A DNA stretch of 64,000 bases, taken from positions 3,641 to 67,640 of the forward strand of contig JANLRZ010000109.1 of NCBI GenBank assembly GCA_031362155.1. Reading direction: 5' to 3'. This document shows, piece after piece, positions 44,550 to 53,585 of this stretch. Made by a program: the position numbers and the translations under genes. Source of the stretch: Acidimicrobiia bacterium. GTDB taxonomy: Bacteria > Actinomycetota > Acidimicrobiia > IMCC26256 > JAENVU01. Positions within the stretch are counted from its first letter, which is position 1; every line of letters begins with the position of its first letter. The notes below the pieces were generated by a model. That model was not told the origin of the DNA. It worked only from the letters and a program-made list of their open reading frames with translations, and ran no database searches.

Positions 44550-45499
44550 ACAGCCCGAGCGGTTTCCGATCCGGCTTCGTCTCGCTGGTCGGCCGGCCCA
44601 ACGTCGGCAAGTCGACGTTGGTCAATCAACTCGTCGGCACCAAGGTGTCGATCGTGTCGAACAAGCCCCAGACGACCCGCACCCAGATTCGGGGAGTGCG
44701 CACCACCCCTGAATCGCAGATCATCCTGCTCGACACGCCGGGGATTCATCGCCCCCGAACCTTGTTGGGGGAGCGGTGCAACGAACGGTCGGTGCAGACG
44801 CTAGGTGAGGTCGATGCCGTGTGCCTGCTCGTCGAAGCGAACGCTCCGATCGGGCCCGGTGACCGCTTCATCGCGGAACTGGTGAAACGCACGAAGACGC
44901 CGAAGATCCTGGTGGTGAACAAGATGGACATCGCGAGCCATGAGGAGATCGGTGGGCAACTCGCGAAAGCCGGCGTCGAGTTCGGTGAGTTCGACGCGTA
45001 CGTGCCCGTGTCGGCCAAAACCGGCGCCGGTATCGACGCGCTCCTCGGCGAGATCCTCCCGCGATTGCCCGAAGGCCCGCTCTACTACCCCGACGGGGTG
45101 GTGTCCGATCAACCGGAGACCACCATCGTCGCGGAGTTGCTGCGCGAGAAGCTCTTGGCCGTGGCGCGCGAGGAACTGCCGCACTCGATCATGGTCACCG
45201 CGGATTGGCTCGACGATGACGATGAGCCCGAGCCCGGTGAGCCTGCAGTCGGTGAAGAAGGTGCGAATTCGGAGGAATCGGACCCGATCCTGCGGTATCG
45301 GGCGGTGGTGAGAGTGGAACGTGACTCCCAGAAGGGGATCGTGATCGGTAAGGGCGGTGCGGTGATCCGAGACGCCGGAACCGCCGCGCGCCACGAACTC
45401 GAGCGGCTCTTCGGCGCCAAGGTGTACCTCGAGACCACGGTCAAGGTCGACAAGGAATGGCAGCGGCGGGCTCACGCCCTCGACCGGCTCGGGCTCTGA
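44546..45499 (+). CDS. era: GTPase Era
   Basis: GTGA overlap with the preceding gene. It contains GFVSLVGRPNVGKSTLVN, DTPG and a C-terminal KH domain (VERDSQKGIVIGKGG). Confidence 0.95.
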   Translation: MNSPSGFRSGFVSLVGRPNVGKSTLVNQLVGTKVSIVSNKPQTTRTQIRGVRTTPESQIILLDTPGIHRPRTLLGERCNERSVQTLGEVDAVCLLVEANAPIGPGDRFIAELVKRTKTPKILVVNKMDIASHEEIGGQLAKAGVEFGEFDAYVPVSAKTGAGIDALLGEILPRLPEGPLYYPDGVVSDQPETTIVAELLREKLLAVAREELPHSIMVTADWLDDDDEPEPGEPAVGEEGANSEESDPILRYRAVVRVERDSQKGIVIGKGGAVIRDAGTAARHELERLFGAKVYLETTVKVDKEWQRRAHALDRLGL

Positions 45500-45680
45500 T
45501 CCCGGGTCCGTGTCCGGTCCCGCGCCCGTTGGGCGTGGACGGAGAGGTCGGGAGTTCCGTGCCCTTGGTCACGCGTTGAGTTGCTTCGCGCGAATCGACC
45601 GGGGATAGAGTCGCTCGCACGTGGCCGGGGACGGATTCGGGGGTTCGGGCTCTCGGACCGGTTCGCGTGGGGACGACGGT

Positions 45681-46859
45681 ATGACCCAATCGAAGAGTCG
45701 CATCGCCAGTCGCATCACGGCACCGCTCACGGTCGTCGGTCTCGCGGTCCTGCTCGGTGCGTGTAGCAACAGCAACGGACAGAACTCGCTGGAGCCCAAA
45801 GGCCCCGCCGCCGAGAAGATCGACAACCTGTTCATCCCGATTCTCATGGTTGCGATCGTCATCGGCGTGTTGGTGGTCGGGGCGACCGTCTTCATCGCCA
45901 TCCGGTTCCGTCAACGCGACGGCCAGCCCGGGAACCCGAAGCAGATCCACGGCCACACTGCGCTCGAGATCGGCTGGACCATCGTCCCGGCCTTGATCCT
46001 CGCGGTGGTTGCGGTGCCGACCGTCGCGACCATCTGGGATCTCGCCGAGCGTCCGACCGGCCCCAAGGTGTTGAAGGTCGAGGTCACCGGCCAACAGTGG
46101 TGGTGGAGCTTCCAACTGTCCGAGCAGCGCCTCGTCCCGAAGCCGGCTCCGTTGCCCGACACCACGACGAGCAGCACTTCGAGCCCGGAGAAGCCCTCGA
46201 AAGTGGTGTTCGTCACGAGCACCGAGCTGCACATTCCGGTGAACACGAAGGTTGATCTGGCGTTGAACTCGTCGTTCCAGGACGTGATCCACTCATTCTG
46301 GGTCCCCGAGCTCGCAGGCAAGAAGGACGTCATGCCGGCGCGGACCAACCGCCTCACGATCGAGGCGTCCAAGCCCGGCACGTACTTGGGTGCCTGTGCC
46401 GAGTTCTGCGGCCTGTCACACGCCCGGATGCGATTCCGGGTGATCGCCGAACCGATGGCCGACTGGATCAAGTGGCGAGACAAGATGTCGGGCCCTCCGG
46501 CCCAGGCCATCACCCCCGAGATCGAGAAGCTCGTCTCGGAGACCTACCTCTGCACGAACTGTCACGTCTTCGACGACACGACGGCGTCGCCGTACGGTCC
46601 GAACCTCACCCACTTCGCCGATCGGTCGACGTTCGCCGGCGGGAGCTACGAGACCAACCCCAAGAACTTGCGCCGTTGGCTCCTGGACGCCCCGTCGATG
46701 GTGGAGATGCCGTCGAAGGACTGCCGGATCCAGCCGCCGCCTCCGAACGTCATCTGTCGAGGTATGCCGTCGTTCACCAAGAACACGCCGCCCGGACAAA
46801 AGACGATGACCGAGGCAGACGCCAATACCCTCGTTCAGTTCCTCATTGGGGAGAAATAG
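45681..46859 (+). CDS. ctaC: Cytochrome c oxidase subunit II fused to a C-terminal cytochrome c domain (caa3-type)
   Basis: Has the lipobox LLGAC, the CuA motif CAEFCGLSHARM, the heme c motif CTNCH and a distal GMPSF. Confidence 0.92.
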   Translation: MTQSKSRIASRITAPLTVVGLAVLLGACSNSNGQNSLEPKGPAAEKIDNLFIPILMVAIVIGVLVVGATVFIAIRFRQRDGQPGNPKQIHGHTALEIGWTIVPALILAVVAVPTVATIWDLAERPTGPKVLKVEVTGQQWWWSFQLSEQRLVPKPAPLPDTTTSSTSSPEKPSKVVFVTSTELHIPVNTKVDLALNSSFQDVIHSFWVPELAGKKDVMPARTNRLTIEASKPGTYLGACAEFCGLSHARMRFRVIAEPMADWIKWRDKMSGPPAQAITPEIEKLVSETYLCTNCHVFDDTTASPYGPNLTHFADRSTFAGGSYETNPKNLRRWLLDAPSMVEMPSKDCRIQPPPPNVICRGMPSFTKNTPPGQKTMTEADANTLVQFLIGEK

Positions 46860-46884
46860 TGGGACCGAGTCAAGGAGCACGCCG

Positions 46885-48774
46885 ATGACCGCGGTTCCAG
46901 CACCCCTGGCGCCACCTCGTGGCATCTTGCGGCGGCCGAAGTCCACGACGGGCTTCTGGTCCTGGTGGACCACGGTCGACCACAAGAAGATCGGAATCCT
47001 CTACGCCGGCCTCGCGTTGTTGTTCTTCTTGGTTGCCGGCATCGAGGCGCTCCTGATCCGCGTGCAACTCGCGGGGCCGAACGGCACGCTGTTGACCGCG
47101 AATCAGTACAACACGCTGTTCACGATGCACGGCACGACCATGGTCTTCCTGGTCGGTATGCCGCTCGCGACCGCGTTCGGCAACTACCTCATTCCGTTGC
47201 AGATCGGGGCGCGCGACGTTGCGTTCCCCCGACTCAACATGTTCGGGTTCTGGGTGTTCGCCGTCGGCGGCATCTTCATCTACTCCGGCTTCGTGTTGGG
47301 CGGCGCGCCGAACGGCGGGTGGTTCGGCTACACCCCACTCACGTCTGCACCGCTGACCTCGGGTGCACTCCCAGGCCACGGACCGGATTTCTGGGCCGTC
47401 GGTCTCGTCATGCTCGGTATCGGTTCGGTGGCGTCGGGGGTGAACTTCGTTGTCACGATCCTCAACATGCGCGCCCCCGGCATGACGCTCATGCGGATGC
47501 CTGTGTTCGTCTGGATGATGCTCGTCGTTGCGTTCCTCACCGTGTTCGCGATGCCGGCGGTGACCGCAGCCCTGATCATGGTCTTTTTCGACCGGAACTT
47601 CTCCACGAACTTCTTCGTGGCGAGCGCAGGTGGTGACCCGCTGCTGTATCAGCACCTCTTCTGGCTCTTCGGCCATCCCGAGGTGTACATCCTGATCTTG
47701 CCGGGCATGGGCATCGTCTCCGAGACGCTGCCGGTCTTCGCCCGCAAGCCGCTCTTCGGCCGATCGGTCGTCATCTTCTCGGGGATCGCGATCGGGTTCC
47801 TCGGCTGGGGCGTGTGGGCCCACCACATGTTTGCCACCGGCCTCGGCCCGGTCGCAACCACCGCGTTCAGCCTGGCCACGATGTTGATCGCCATTCCGAC
47901 CGGCGTGAAGATCTTCAACTGGATGGGCACCGTGTGGGGGGGGTCGCTGAAGCTGAACTCTCCGATGCTGTTCTCCCTCGGGTTCATCGCCATGTTCACC
48001 ATCGGTGGACTCTCCGGCGTGACCCACTCGATCGTCCCCGCCGACACCCAACAGACCGACACGTACTACGTGGTGGCGCACTTCCACTACGTGTTGTTCG
48101 GTGGCTTGGTCTTCGCCATCTTCGGTGGGTTCTATTACTGGTGGCCGAAGGTCTTCGGGCGTCTCCTCGATGACCGACTCGGCAAGTTGAACTTCTGGTT
48201 GATGCTCATCGGGTTCAACCTCACGTTCTTCCCGATGCACATCCTCGGGTTGCAGGGCCAACCACGGCGTACTTACACCTACCCGTCGAACATGGGGTGG
48301 GACACGATGAACCTGATGGCCACCGTCGGTGGCTTCGTCATCGCCTTGTCGGTCCTCGTGTTCCTGGTCAACGTCATGAAGACCGCTCGCAATGGCGAGG
48401 TTGCCGGCGCCGACCCCTGGGACGGCCGCACGCTCGAGTGGTCGATTCCGTCGCCCACGCCCGAGTACAACTTCGCGGAGATTCCCCAGGTGCACGCGGC
48501 CGATGACTTCTGGCACCGCAAGTACACCGAAGACGAAGAAGGCCGCTTGGTGCGCCTGCCCGCGGGTGGGTCCGATGATGGCGCCCAGCCCGGAGACGGC
48601 CACGGCATCCACCTCCCGTCGCCGTCGTTCTTCCCGCTGGTCTTGGCCCTCGGCCTACTCACCTTGGGGTACGCCGCGGTGTTCAAGAGCCCGTGGATCG
48701 CGATTCCGGGAGTGATCGTGCTCATGTTCGGTATCTACGCCTGGACCATCGAGCCCGGCACGGCGGAGGACTGA
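46885..48774 (+). CDS. ctaD: Cytochrome c oxidase subunit I with a ~90-aa C-terminal two-helix extension
   Basis: AAGGAG lies 7 nt upstream of the ATG at 46885. It contains WWTTVDHKKIG, HPEVYILILPGMG and VVAHFHYVLFGG. Confidence 0.95.
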   Translation: MTAVPAPLAPPRGILRRPKSTTGFWSWWTTVDHKKIGILYAGLALLFFLVAGIEALLIRVQLAGPNGTLLTANQYNTLFTMHGTTMVFLVGMPLATAFGNYLIPLQIGARDVAFPRLNMFGFWVFAVGGIFIYSGFVLGGAPNGGWFGYTPLTSAPLTSGALPGHGPDFWAVGLVMLGIGSVASGVNFVVTILNMRAPGMTLMRMPVFVWMMLVVAFLTVFAMPAVTAALIMVFFDRNFSTNFFVASAGGDPLLYQHLFWLFGHPEVYILILPGMGIVSETLPVFARKPLFGRSVVIFSGIAIGFLGWGVWAHHMFATGLGPVATTAFSLATMLIAIPTGVKIFNWMGTVWGGSLKLNSPMLFSLGFIAMFTIGGLSGVTHSIVPADTQQTDTYYVVAHFHYVLFGGLVFAIFGGFYYWWPKVFGRLLDDRLGKLNFWLMLIGFNLTFFPMHILGLQGQPRRTYTYPSNMGWDTMNLMATVGGFVIALSVLVFLVNVMKTARNGEVAGADPWDGRTLEWSIPSPTPEYNFAEIPQVHAADDFWHRKYTEDEEGRLVRLPAGGSDDGAQPGDGHGIHLPSPSFFPLVLALGLLTLGYAAVFKSPWIAIPGVIVLMFGIYAWTIEPGTAED

Positions 48775-48777
48775 TCG

Positions 48778-49416
48778 ATGGCTCAAGCAACTGTCCCCGC
48801 TCCGCTGCCCGAGGCGGGTTCCGAAGACCACGGCCACGCCCACGGGCACGCCGACACGAACACCGGCACGACCAACACGAAGTTGGCGATGTGGGTGTTC
48901 CTCTCGTCCGAGTGCATCTTCTTCGGTGCCTTCATCTCCACGTACCTGCTGTACCGGGGTCGGAGCGCCAAGGGCACGCCGACCCCCAAGGACGTGTACA
49001 ACATCCCGTTCACGTCGGTGACGTCGTTCATCCTGCTGATGAGTTCGCTGACGATGGTGTTGGCCCTCGCCGCCATCCAACGCGGCGACCACCGTCGGTT
49101 CCGGGTCTGGATCATTGCGACCGCGCTCTTCGGGGTGACCTTCATCGGCGGTCAGATCTACGAGTTCACCGAGTTCTACCGCGAAGGTCTCGCACTGAAG
49201 ACGAGCGTCTTTGGTTCCAGCTTCTTCGTCCTCACCGGTCTGCACGGCATGCACGTGACCGTCGGCATCATCTGGTTGCTGTCGCTCTGGGGCCTGTCGA
49301 TGCAGAACCGGCTGCACGTCCAGGATGCCGAGAAGGTGGAGATCGCCGGGTTGTACTGGCACTTCGTCGACATCGTCTGGATCATCATCTTCACCGTCAT
49401 CTACCTCATCCCGTAG
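48778..49416 (+). CDS. ctaE: Cytochrome c oxidase subunit III
   Basis: 212 aa. It contains FFVLTGLHGMHVTVG and YWHFVDIVWI. Confidence 0.93.
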   Translation: MAQATVPAPLPEAGSEDHGHAHGHADTNTGTTNTKLAMWVFLSSECIFFGAFISTYLLYRGRSAKGTPTPKDVYNIPFTSVTSFILLMSSLTMVLALAAIQRGDHRRFRVWIIATALFGVTFIGGQIYEFTEFYREGLALKTSVFGSSFFVLTGLHGMHVTVGIIWLLSLWGLSMQNRLHVQDAEKVEIAGLYWHFVDIVWIIIFTVIYLIP

Positions 49417-49429
49417 GCGGACCAACGAC

Positions 49430-49795
49430 ATGAGTGACGAAACCGCAGTCGTCGACGACCCGGAGCTTCTGCCCGGGCCCGACCACCAACTGGCCATGCT
49501 GCCGGGTGAGGTGCGTCCTCACCCGTCGCCGTTCCAGTACGTGATGATCGCCGTGATCCTTTGCGTGATCACGGCCCTCGAAGTCGGCATGTACTACATC
49601 GAGGAAGACGTCCCTCGCGGGCTCTACATCGCGATCCTGTTGACTATGGCGCTCGTGAAGTTCGCCACGGTCGTGAGTTGGTACATGCACCTGCGCACGG
49701 ACCGGCCGATCTTCCGGCGGTTCTTCATCGTTGGGTTCATCGGCGCGATCCTGCTGTACACGATCGTGTTGGCGACCCTCCACGTCTTCGAATAG
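49430..49795 (+). CDS. ctaF: Cytochrome c oxidase subunit IV, prokaryotic COX4_pro (Bacillus CtaF-like) type
   Basis: 121 aa with three TM helices, ...LVKFATVVSWYMHLRTD. The ATG at 49430 lies inside track ORF 49325..49795. Confidence 0.75.
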   Translation: MSDETAVVDDPELLPGPDHQLAMLPGEVRPHPSPFQYVMIAVILCVITALEVGMYYIEEDVPRGLYIAILLTMALVKFATVVSWYMHLRTDRPIFRRFFIVGFIGAILLYTIVLATLHVFE

Positions 49796-49803
49796 TCCTC
49801 GCA

Positions 49804-50652
49804 TTGATCGCGGCATCCATCCCGGCGTTCTCTCCCCACCCGGATGTGCTCCTGGTGGTGGCGCTGATCGTCGTCGGATACGAGACGGCACTGACCCGCC
49901 TCGGGCCGGTGCTGGCGCCGGCGGGTACCGCGATCGTCACTCGAACTCAGCACGTGTGCTTCGCCCTGGGCGCGTTCACCATCCTGCTGGCGTCGTACTG
50001 GCCGATCCATGACCTCGCCGAGGGGTACATGTACAGCGTGCACATGGTCCAGCACCTCCTGTACACCATGGTCGCGGCGCCCCTGCTCTTGCTCGGGACC
50101 CCGGCCTGGTTGGCTCGCTGGATCCTGTCGCCCCGGTGGTTGTTCCTGACCGTTCGGAACCTTTCGAAGTTCGTTCCCGCCATCGTCACGTTCAACCTCA
50201 TCATCGTGCTGACTCATTGGCCGGCGTTCGTGGATTTCACACTGCGGTCGGCCCTCGCGCACTTCCTGGCCCACACCCTCCTCCTGGCCTCGGCATTCTT
50301 GATCTGGATGCCGATTCTCTCGCCGGTCCCCGAGATCCCGCGCCTGAGCCCGATCGGGCGCATGGTCTTCCTGTTCCTACAAACGATCGTGCCGACGATC
50401 CCGGCCTCGTTTCTCACTTTTGGGCAGCACCCCCTGTATCGTCGGTACGAGTCACTCCCGAAGTTGTGGGATATCTCGGCGCTGGACGACCAGCTCACCG
50501 CCGGGCTGATCATGAAGATCGGTGCGGGGATGCTGCTGATGACGCTCATCGCCGTGATCTTCTTCCGCTGGGTTGCGACTGAAGAAGCGGCGCCGCGGAT
50601 CGAGTCCCTGGGATTCGAACCAACGAACCACCTCACGGAGGTCAAGGCATGA
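49804..50652 (+). CDS. ctaG: Cytochrome c oxidase assembly factor CtaG (caa3_CtaG family membrane protein)
   Basis: Polytopic, with ...YSVHMVQHLLYTMVAAPLLLLGTP... typical of caa3 CtaG. The start is uncertain (TTG at 49804 was chosen, just after the ctaF stop). Confidence 0.7.
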   Translation: MIAASIPAFSPHPDVLLVVALIVVGYETALTRLGPVLAPAGTAIVTRTQHVCFALGAFTILLASYWPIHDLAEGYMYSVHMVQHLLYTMVAAPLLLLGTPAWLARWILSPRWLFLTVRNLSKFVPAIVTFNLIIVLTHWPAFVDFTLRSALAHFLAHTLLLASAFLIWMPILSPVPEIPRLSPIGRMVFLFLQTIVPTIPASFLTFGQHPLYRRYESLPKLWDISALDDQLTAGLIMKIGAGMLLMTLIAVIFFRWVATEEAAPRIESLGFEPTNHLTEVKA

Positions 50653-50744
50653 GCGAAGCGGCACAGTCAATCCGAGGTGGCCGTTCCGGCCGCGAAGCGG
50701 GGCCCGTCCGGCCCGCTCCGCAGGAGCAAGAGGACAGAGCATGA
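50649..50744 (+). CDS. 31-codon bridging ORF (MSEAAQSIRGGRSGREAGPVRPAPQEQEDRA) with ATGA overlaps at both ends
   Basis: Its ATG at 50649 overlaps the ctaG TGA (50650-50652). Its TGA at 50742-50744 overlaps the ATG at 50741 of the next gene. Third-position G/C content is only moderate, so the coding status is uncertain. Confidence 0.3.
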   Translation: MSEAAQSIRGGRSGREAGPVRPAPQEQEDRA

Positions 50745-51601
50745 GCGAAGAGTCCGACGAGACTCCGGAGTCGACCGAGGGGTCGGACGCGTCCACCACC
50801 GTGGCGGTTATGGACCGACCCGGTGAGTTGGCTGAGGTGCGCGAGCAGGAACTGGCGCGGGTCGAACTGCGCAAGGACCGCGTGTGGTTGCCGTTCCTGA
50901 TTCCCGTCGGTGCGATCCTCGCGGTTGCGCTGTTCGCGATCAACCTCTCGCGCCTCTTCCTTGCGGCCTCGGAAGGTGGCAAGAGCCCCGCGGTCGTGAT
51001 CGCAACGGTGATCACACTGGCGATCCTGATCGGTGCGACGATCGTCGCCGCGATTCCGAATCTGCGAACGTCGTCGCTGGTCCTGACCGTCTGCGGCATC
51101 GCCGCCGCGGTGTCGTTGGCGGGTTCGTTGGTACTCGGCGCCGGCGAGAGCAAAGAGGAAGCCGTCGCGGAGCCCCAGGGCGAGGCGATCAACACCCTCG
51201 AGGTGGATGCGCAGGCGAACTTGAAGTTCCAAGCCACCAACTTCGATGCGCCGGCCGGTGTCAACCTGATCAAGTACGTCGACAAGGGCGGCTCCCACAC
51301 CCTGTTGTTCGTCGAGTCCGAGTTTTCCTACGTGAACCTGGTCGTTCCGGGCGGGCCGTTCGAGTCCAAGGTCGATCTGGTCAAGGGCAAGAAGTACACG
51401 ATCTACTGCAGCGTTCCCGGGCACCGACAGGCGGGTATGGAAGCGACGATCACCGTGGGTGATGCGCCGACAACCCCCACGCCTGAGGCCGGCACGGCCA
51501 CCCCGACCACCGTGATCCCCGGTGCCACCCCGTCGACGGCCCCGTCGGGTGCGTCCGAGGTCGATCCGGCCGCGCAGTCCGGCAACGAGCTCGGGAACTG
51601 A
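50741..51601 (+). CDS. Membrane-anchored cupredoxin (plastocyanin/azurin-like blue copper protein)
   Basis: Has an acidic N-terminus, about three TM helices, then a cupredoxin domain with GGSHTLLF and YCSVPGHRQAGM (His, Cys, His, Met ligands), and a Pro/Thr-rich tail. Confidence 0.8.
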   Translation: MSEESDETPESTEGSDASTTVAVMDRPGELAEVREQELARVELRKDRVWLPFLIPVGAILAVALFAINLSRLFLAASEGGKSPAVVIATVITLAILIGATIVAAIPNLRTSSLVLTVCGIAAAVSLAGSLVLGAGESKEEAVAEPQGEAINTLEVDAQANLKFQATNFDAPAGVNLIKYVDKGGSHTLLFVESEFSYVNLVVPGGPFESKVDLVKGKKYTIYCSVPGHRQAGMEATITVGDAPTTPTPEAGTATPTTVIPGATPSTAPSGASEVDPAAQSGNELGN

Positions 51602-51603
51602 TC

Positions 51604-51978
51604 GTGACCCGTCGAGCCGGTGTACTCGCGTGTGGCGCACTCACAGTCGTGTTGCTCGCGGCGTGCGGGAGCGATTCGGTCGCGCCCTATTCCCAGCCGA
51701 CCGGCCCCGCGGTGAAGACACTCGCCGTCGAGGCCGAGAACTTTGCGTTCATTCCCGACACGCTCACCTCACCGGCAGGAATCGTTCAGGTCGATCTGAC
51801 GAGCACCGCCGGGCTTCACAACTTCGTGCTCGAAGGGGTGCCACAGTTCCAGGTCGAGGCGACCAGCGGAAGCTCGTCGTCGGGCAAGGTCAAACTCAAG
51901 CCCGGGAAGTACACCTTCTATTGCAACATCGCCGGGCATCGCGCCCAGGGGATGGAGGGAATCCTCACCGTCAAGTGA
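51604..51978 (+). CDS. Cupredoxin lipoprotein (plastocyanin/azurin-like)
   Basis: Has the lipobox LLAAC. The copper ligands are in GLHNFVL and YCNIAGHRAQGM. The GTG start lies 2 nt after the preceding stop. Confidence 0.82.
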   Translation: MTRRAGVLACGALTVVLLAACGSDSVAPYSQPTGPAVKTLAVEAENFAFIPDTLTSPAGIVQVDLTSTAGLHNFVLEGVPQFQVEATSGSSSSGKVKLKPGKYTFYCNIAGHRAQGMEGILTVK

Positions 51979-51990
51979 CGGCCCGCTAGC

Positions 51991-52740
51991 TTGCCCGCAG
52001 TGATCTCCGGAATCGATCCTTCGCGCATCCCGCGCCATGTCGCGCTGGTCATGGACGGCAACGGCCGTTGGGCCCAACAGCGTGGCATGAAGCGCACCGA
52101 GGGGCACGCGGCCGGCGAAGAGGCGCTGTTCGACACGGTCGAAGGCGGACTCGACCTCGGCCTCCGTTGGATGACGGTGTACGCGTTCTCGACCGAGAAC
52201 TGGCGGCGCCCGCTCGACGAAGTCCGGTTCTTGATGCGTTTCAACGAGTCGCTGCTCTTGCGCCGGCGAGACGATCTCAACGAGCGCGGAGTTCGGGTTC
52301 GGTTCATTGGCCGGCGCGGTGGTCGGGTTCCCAAGCGGGTGGTCCGACACATCGAGGATACCGAGGCGCTCACGGCGAAGAACCGCCGGATGACCTTGAC
52401 CTTCGCCTTCAACTACGGCGGCCGCGCCGAACTCACCGATGCGGTGCGGTCGATCGCGCGCGAGGTCTCGGCGCGACGACTGCGAGCGGATTCGATCGAC
52501 GAGAAGACGATCGCGAAGCACCTCTACGCGCCCGACATGCCGGACCCGGACCTGATGGTGCGGACCTCGGGTGAGTTCCGGGTTTCGAATTACTTGCTGT
52601 GGCAGAGCGCGTATTCGGAGTTCATCTTCACCGACGTGCTCTGGCCCGACTTCCGTCGTGAGCATCTCTTCGACGCCGTCCGCGAGTATCAGTCCAGGGA
52701 CCGGAGGTTCGGTGGGCTGGAGACCGACGGCGGGGCGTGA
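51991..52740 (+). CDS. uppS: Isoprenyl (undecaprenyl/decaprenyl) diphosphate synthase, cis-prenyltransferase
   Basis: Contains IPRHVALVMDGNGRWA, YAFSTENW and RTSGEFRVSNYLLWQ. Confidence 0.94.
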   Translation: MPAVISGIDPSRIPRHVALVMDGNGRWAQQRGMKRTEGHAAGEEALFDTVEGGLDLGLRWMTVYAFSTENWRRPLDEVRFLMRFNESLLLRRRDDLNERGVRVRFIGRRGGRVPKRVVRHIEDTEALTAKNRRMTLTFAFNYGGRAELTDAVRSIAREVSARRLRADSIDEKTIAKHLYAPDMPDPDLMVRTSGEFRVSNYLLWQSAYSEFIFTDVLWPDFRREHLFDAVREYQSRDRRFGGLETDGGA

Positions 52741-52850
52741 CCTACCCGTACACGCTCGCGCTGCGGCACCGGATCGTGGCGAACGGTGCGCAGTTCGAAC
52801 GGCGGGTTGTGGCATCGCCGTTGTGGACGGCCAAATAGCGGGGGAGTCCC

Positions 52851-52856
52851 TACACT
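52851..52856 (+). promoter_or_regulatory. -10-like TACACT hexamer 6 nt upstream of the recO ATG (candidate leaderless promoter)
   Basis: TANNNT at 52851-52856, spacer cgacgc, then ATG at 52863. Confidence 0.3.
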
Positions 52857-52862
52857 CGACGC

Positions 52863-53585
52863 ATGCCCGGCCTCTATCGCGATCACGGCGTCGTGCTCCG
52901 CACGATCAAACTCGGTGAAGCCGATCGCATCGTGAGTTTCATGACTCAGGGCAACGGCAAGGTACGGGCCGTGGCCAAGGGCATCCGCAAGAGCGGCAGC
53001 CGCTTCGGGGCGCGGCTGGAACCGGCGTGTCACGTGATGATCCAGTGCTATCGGGGCCGCGAGCTCGATGTGGTCACGCAGGTCGAGACGGTGGAGGCCC
53101 ATCGCACCCTGCGGGAGGACTACGGATTGTTGACCCACGGGGTGACGATGCTGGAGGCCGTCGACCAGGTTGCCCAGGAGCGGGAGCCGGCCCCGGCGCT
53201 GTACCGGATGCTCACCGGTGCGCTGCGCACGCTGGACACCACTCCGTCGCCGGTGATCACTCCGGGCTTCTACTGGAAGCTGCTCTCCCTGGAGGGGTAT
53301 CACCCGTACCTGGACGGCTGCGTCCGCTGCGGGACCGAGGAGGGGCCGTTCGTGGCCTTCGACGTGGCCGAGGGTGGTGTGCTCTGCGCCACCTGTGGGC
53401 GGTTGGGTGGCCGGCGAATCGCCCCGGACGCACTCACCTTCCTCCGGCGGCTCGTCGGTGGCGAGCTCCACCTGGCCATGGCGGAGCCACCGGATTCGGC
53501 TCAGGTCGTGGAGGTCGAACGGCTCGGGATCGCGGCGCTGGAGCACCACTCCGAGCGACGGATTCGCAGCGCGAGCCTGCTCTGA
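52863..53585 (+). CDS. recO: DNA repair protein RecO
   Basis: Starts MPGLYRDHGVVLRTIKLGEADRIVSFMT and has the zinc motif CVRCG...CATCG. Confidence 0.93.
   Translation: MPGLYRDHGVVLRTIKLGEADRIVSFMTQGNGKVRAVAKGIRKSGSRFGARLEPACHVMIQCYRGRELDVVTQVETVEAHRTLREDYGLLTHGVTMLEAVDQVAQEREPAPALYRMLTGALRTLDTTPSPVITPGFYWKLLSLEGYHPYLDGCVRCGTEEGPFVAFDVAEGGVLCATCGRLGGRRIAPDALTFLRRLVGGELHLAMAEPPDSAQVVEVERLGIAALEHHSERRIRSASLL

Noticed and set aside
45500-45680. A promoter for the cta cluster (TTGCTT 45581-45586, then a 19-nt spacer, then TAGAGT 45606-45611) and possible small ORFs or RNA in the era-ctaC spacer.
   Set aside because: The spacer length is at the upper limit and the -35 match is weak. No stable conserved-looking structure or credible small ORF was seen. 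It is left unannotated.
52741-52862. A 20-codon ORF (GTG ... TAG; MANGAQFERRVVASPLWTAK) between uppS and recO.
   Set aside because: It has no coupling to its neighbours, no Shine-Dalgarno sequence and no distinctive composition. It is indistinguishable from a chance ORF.
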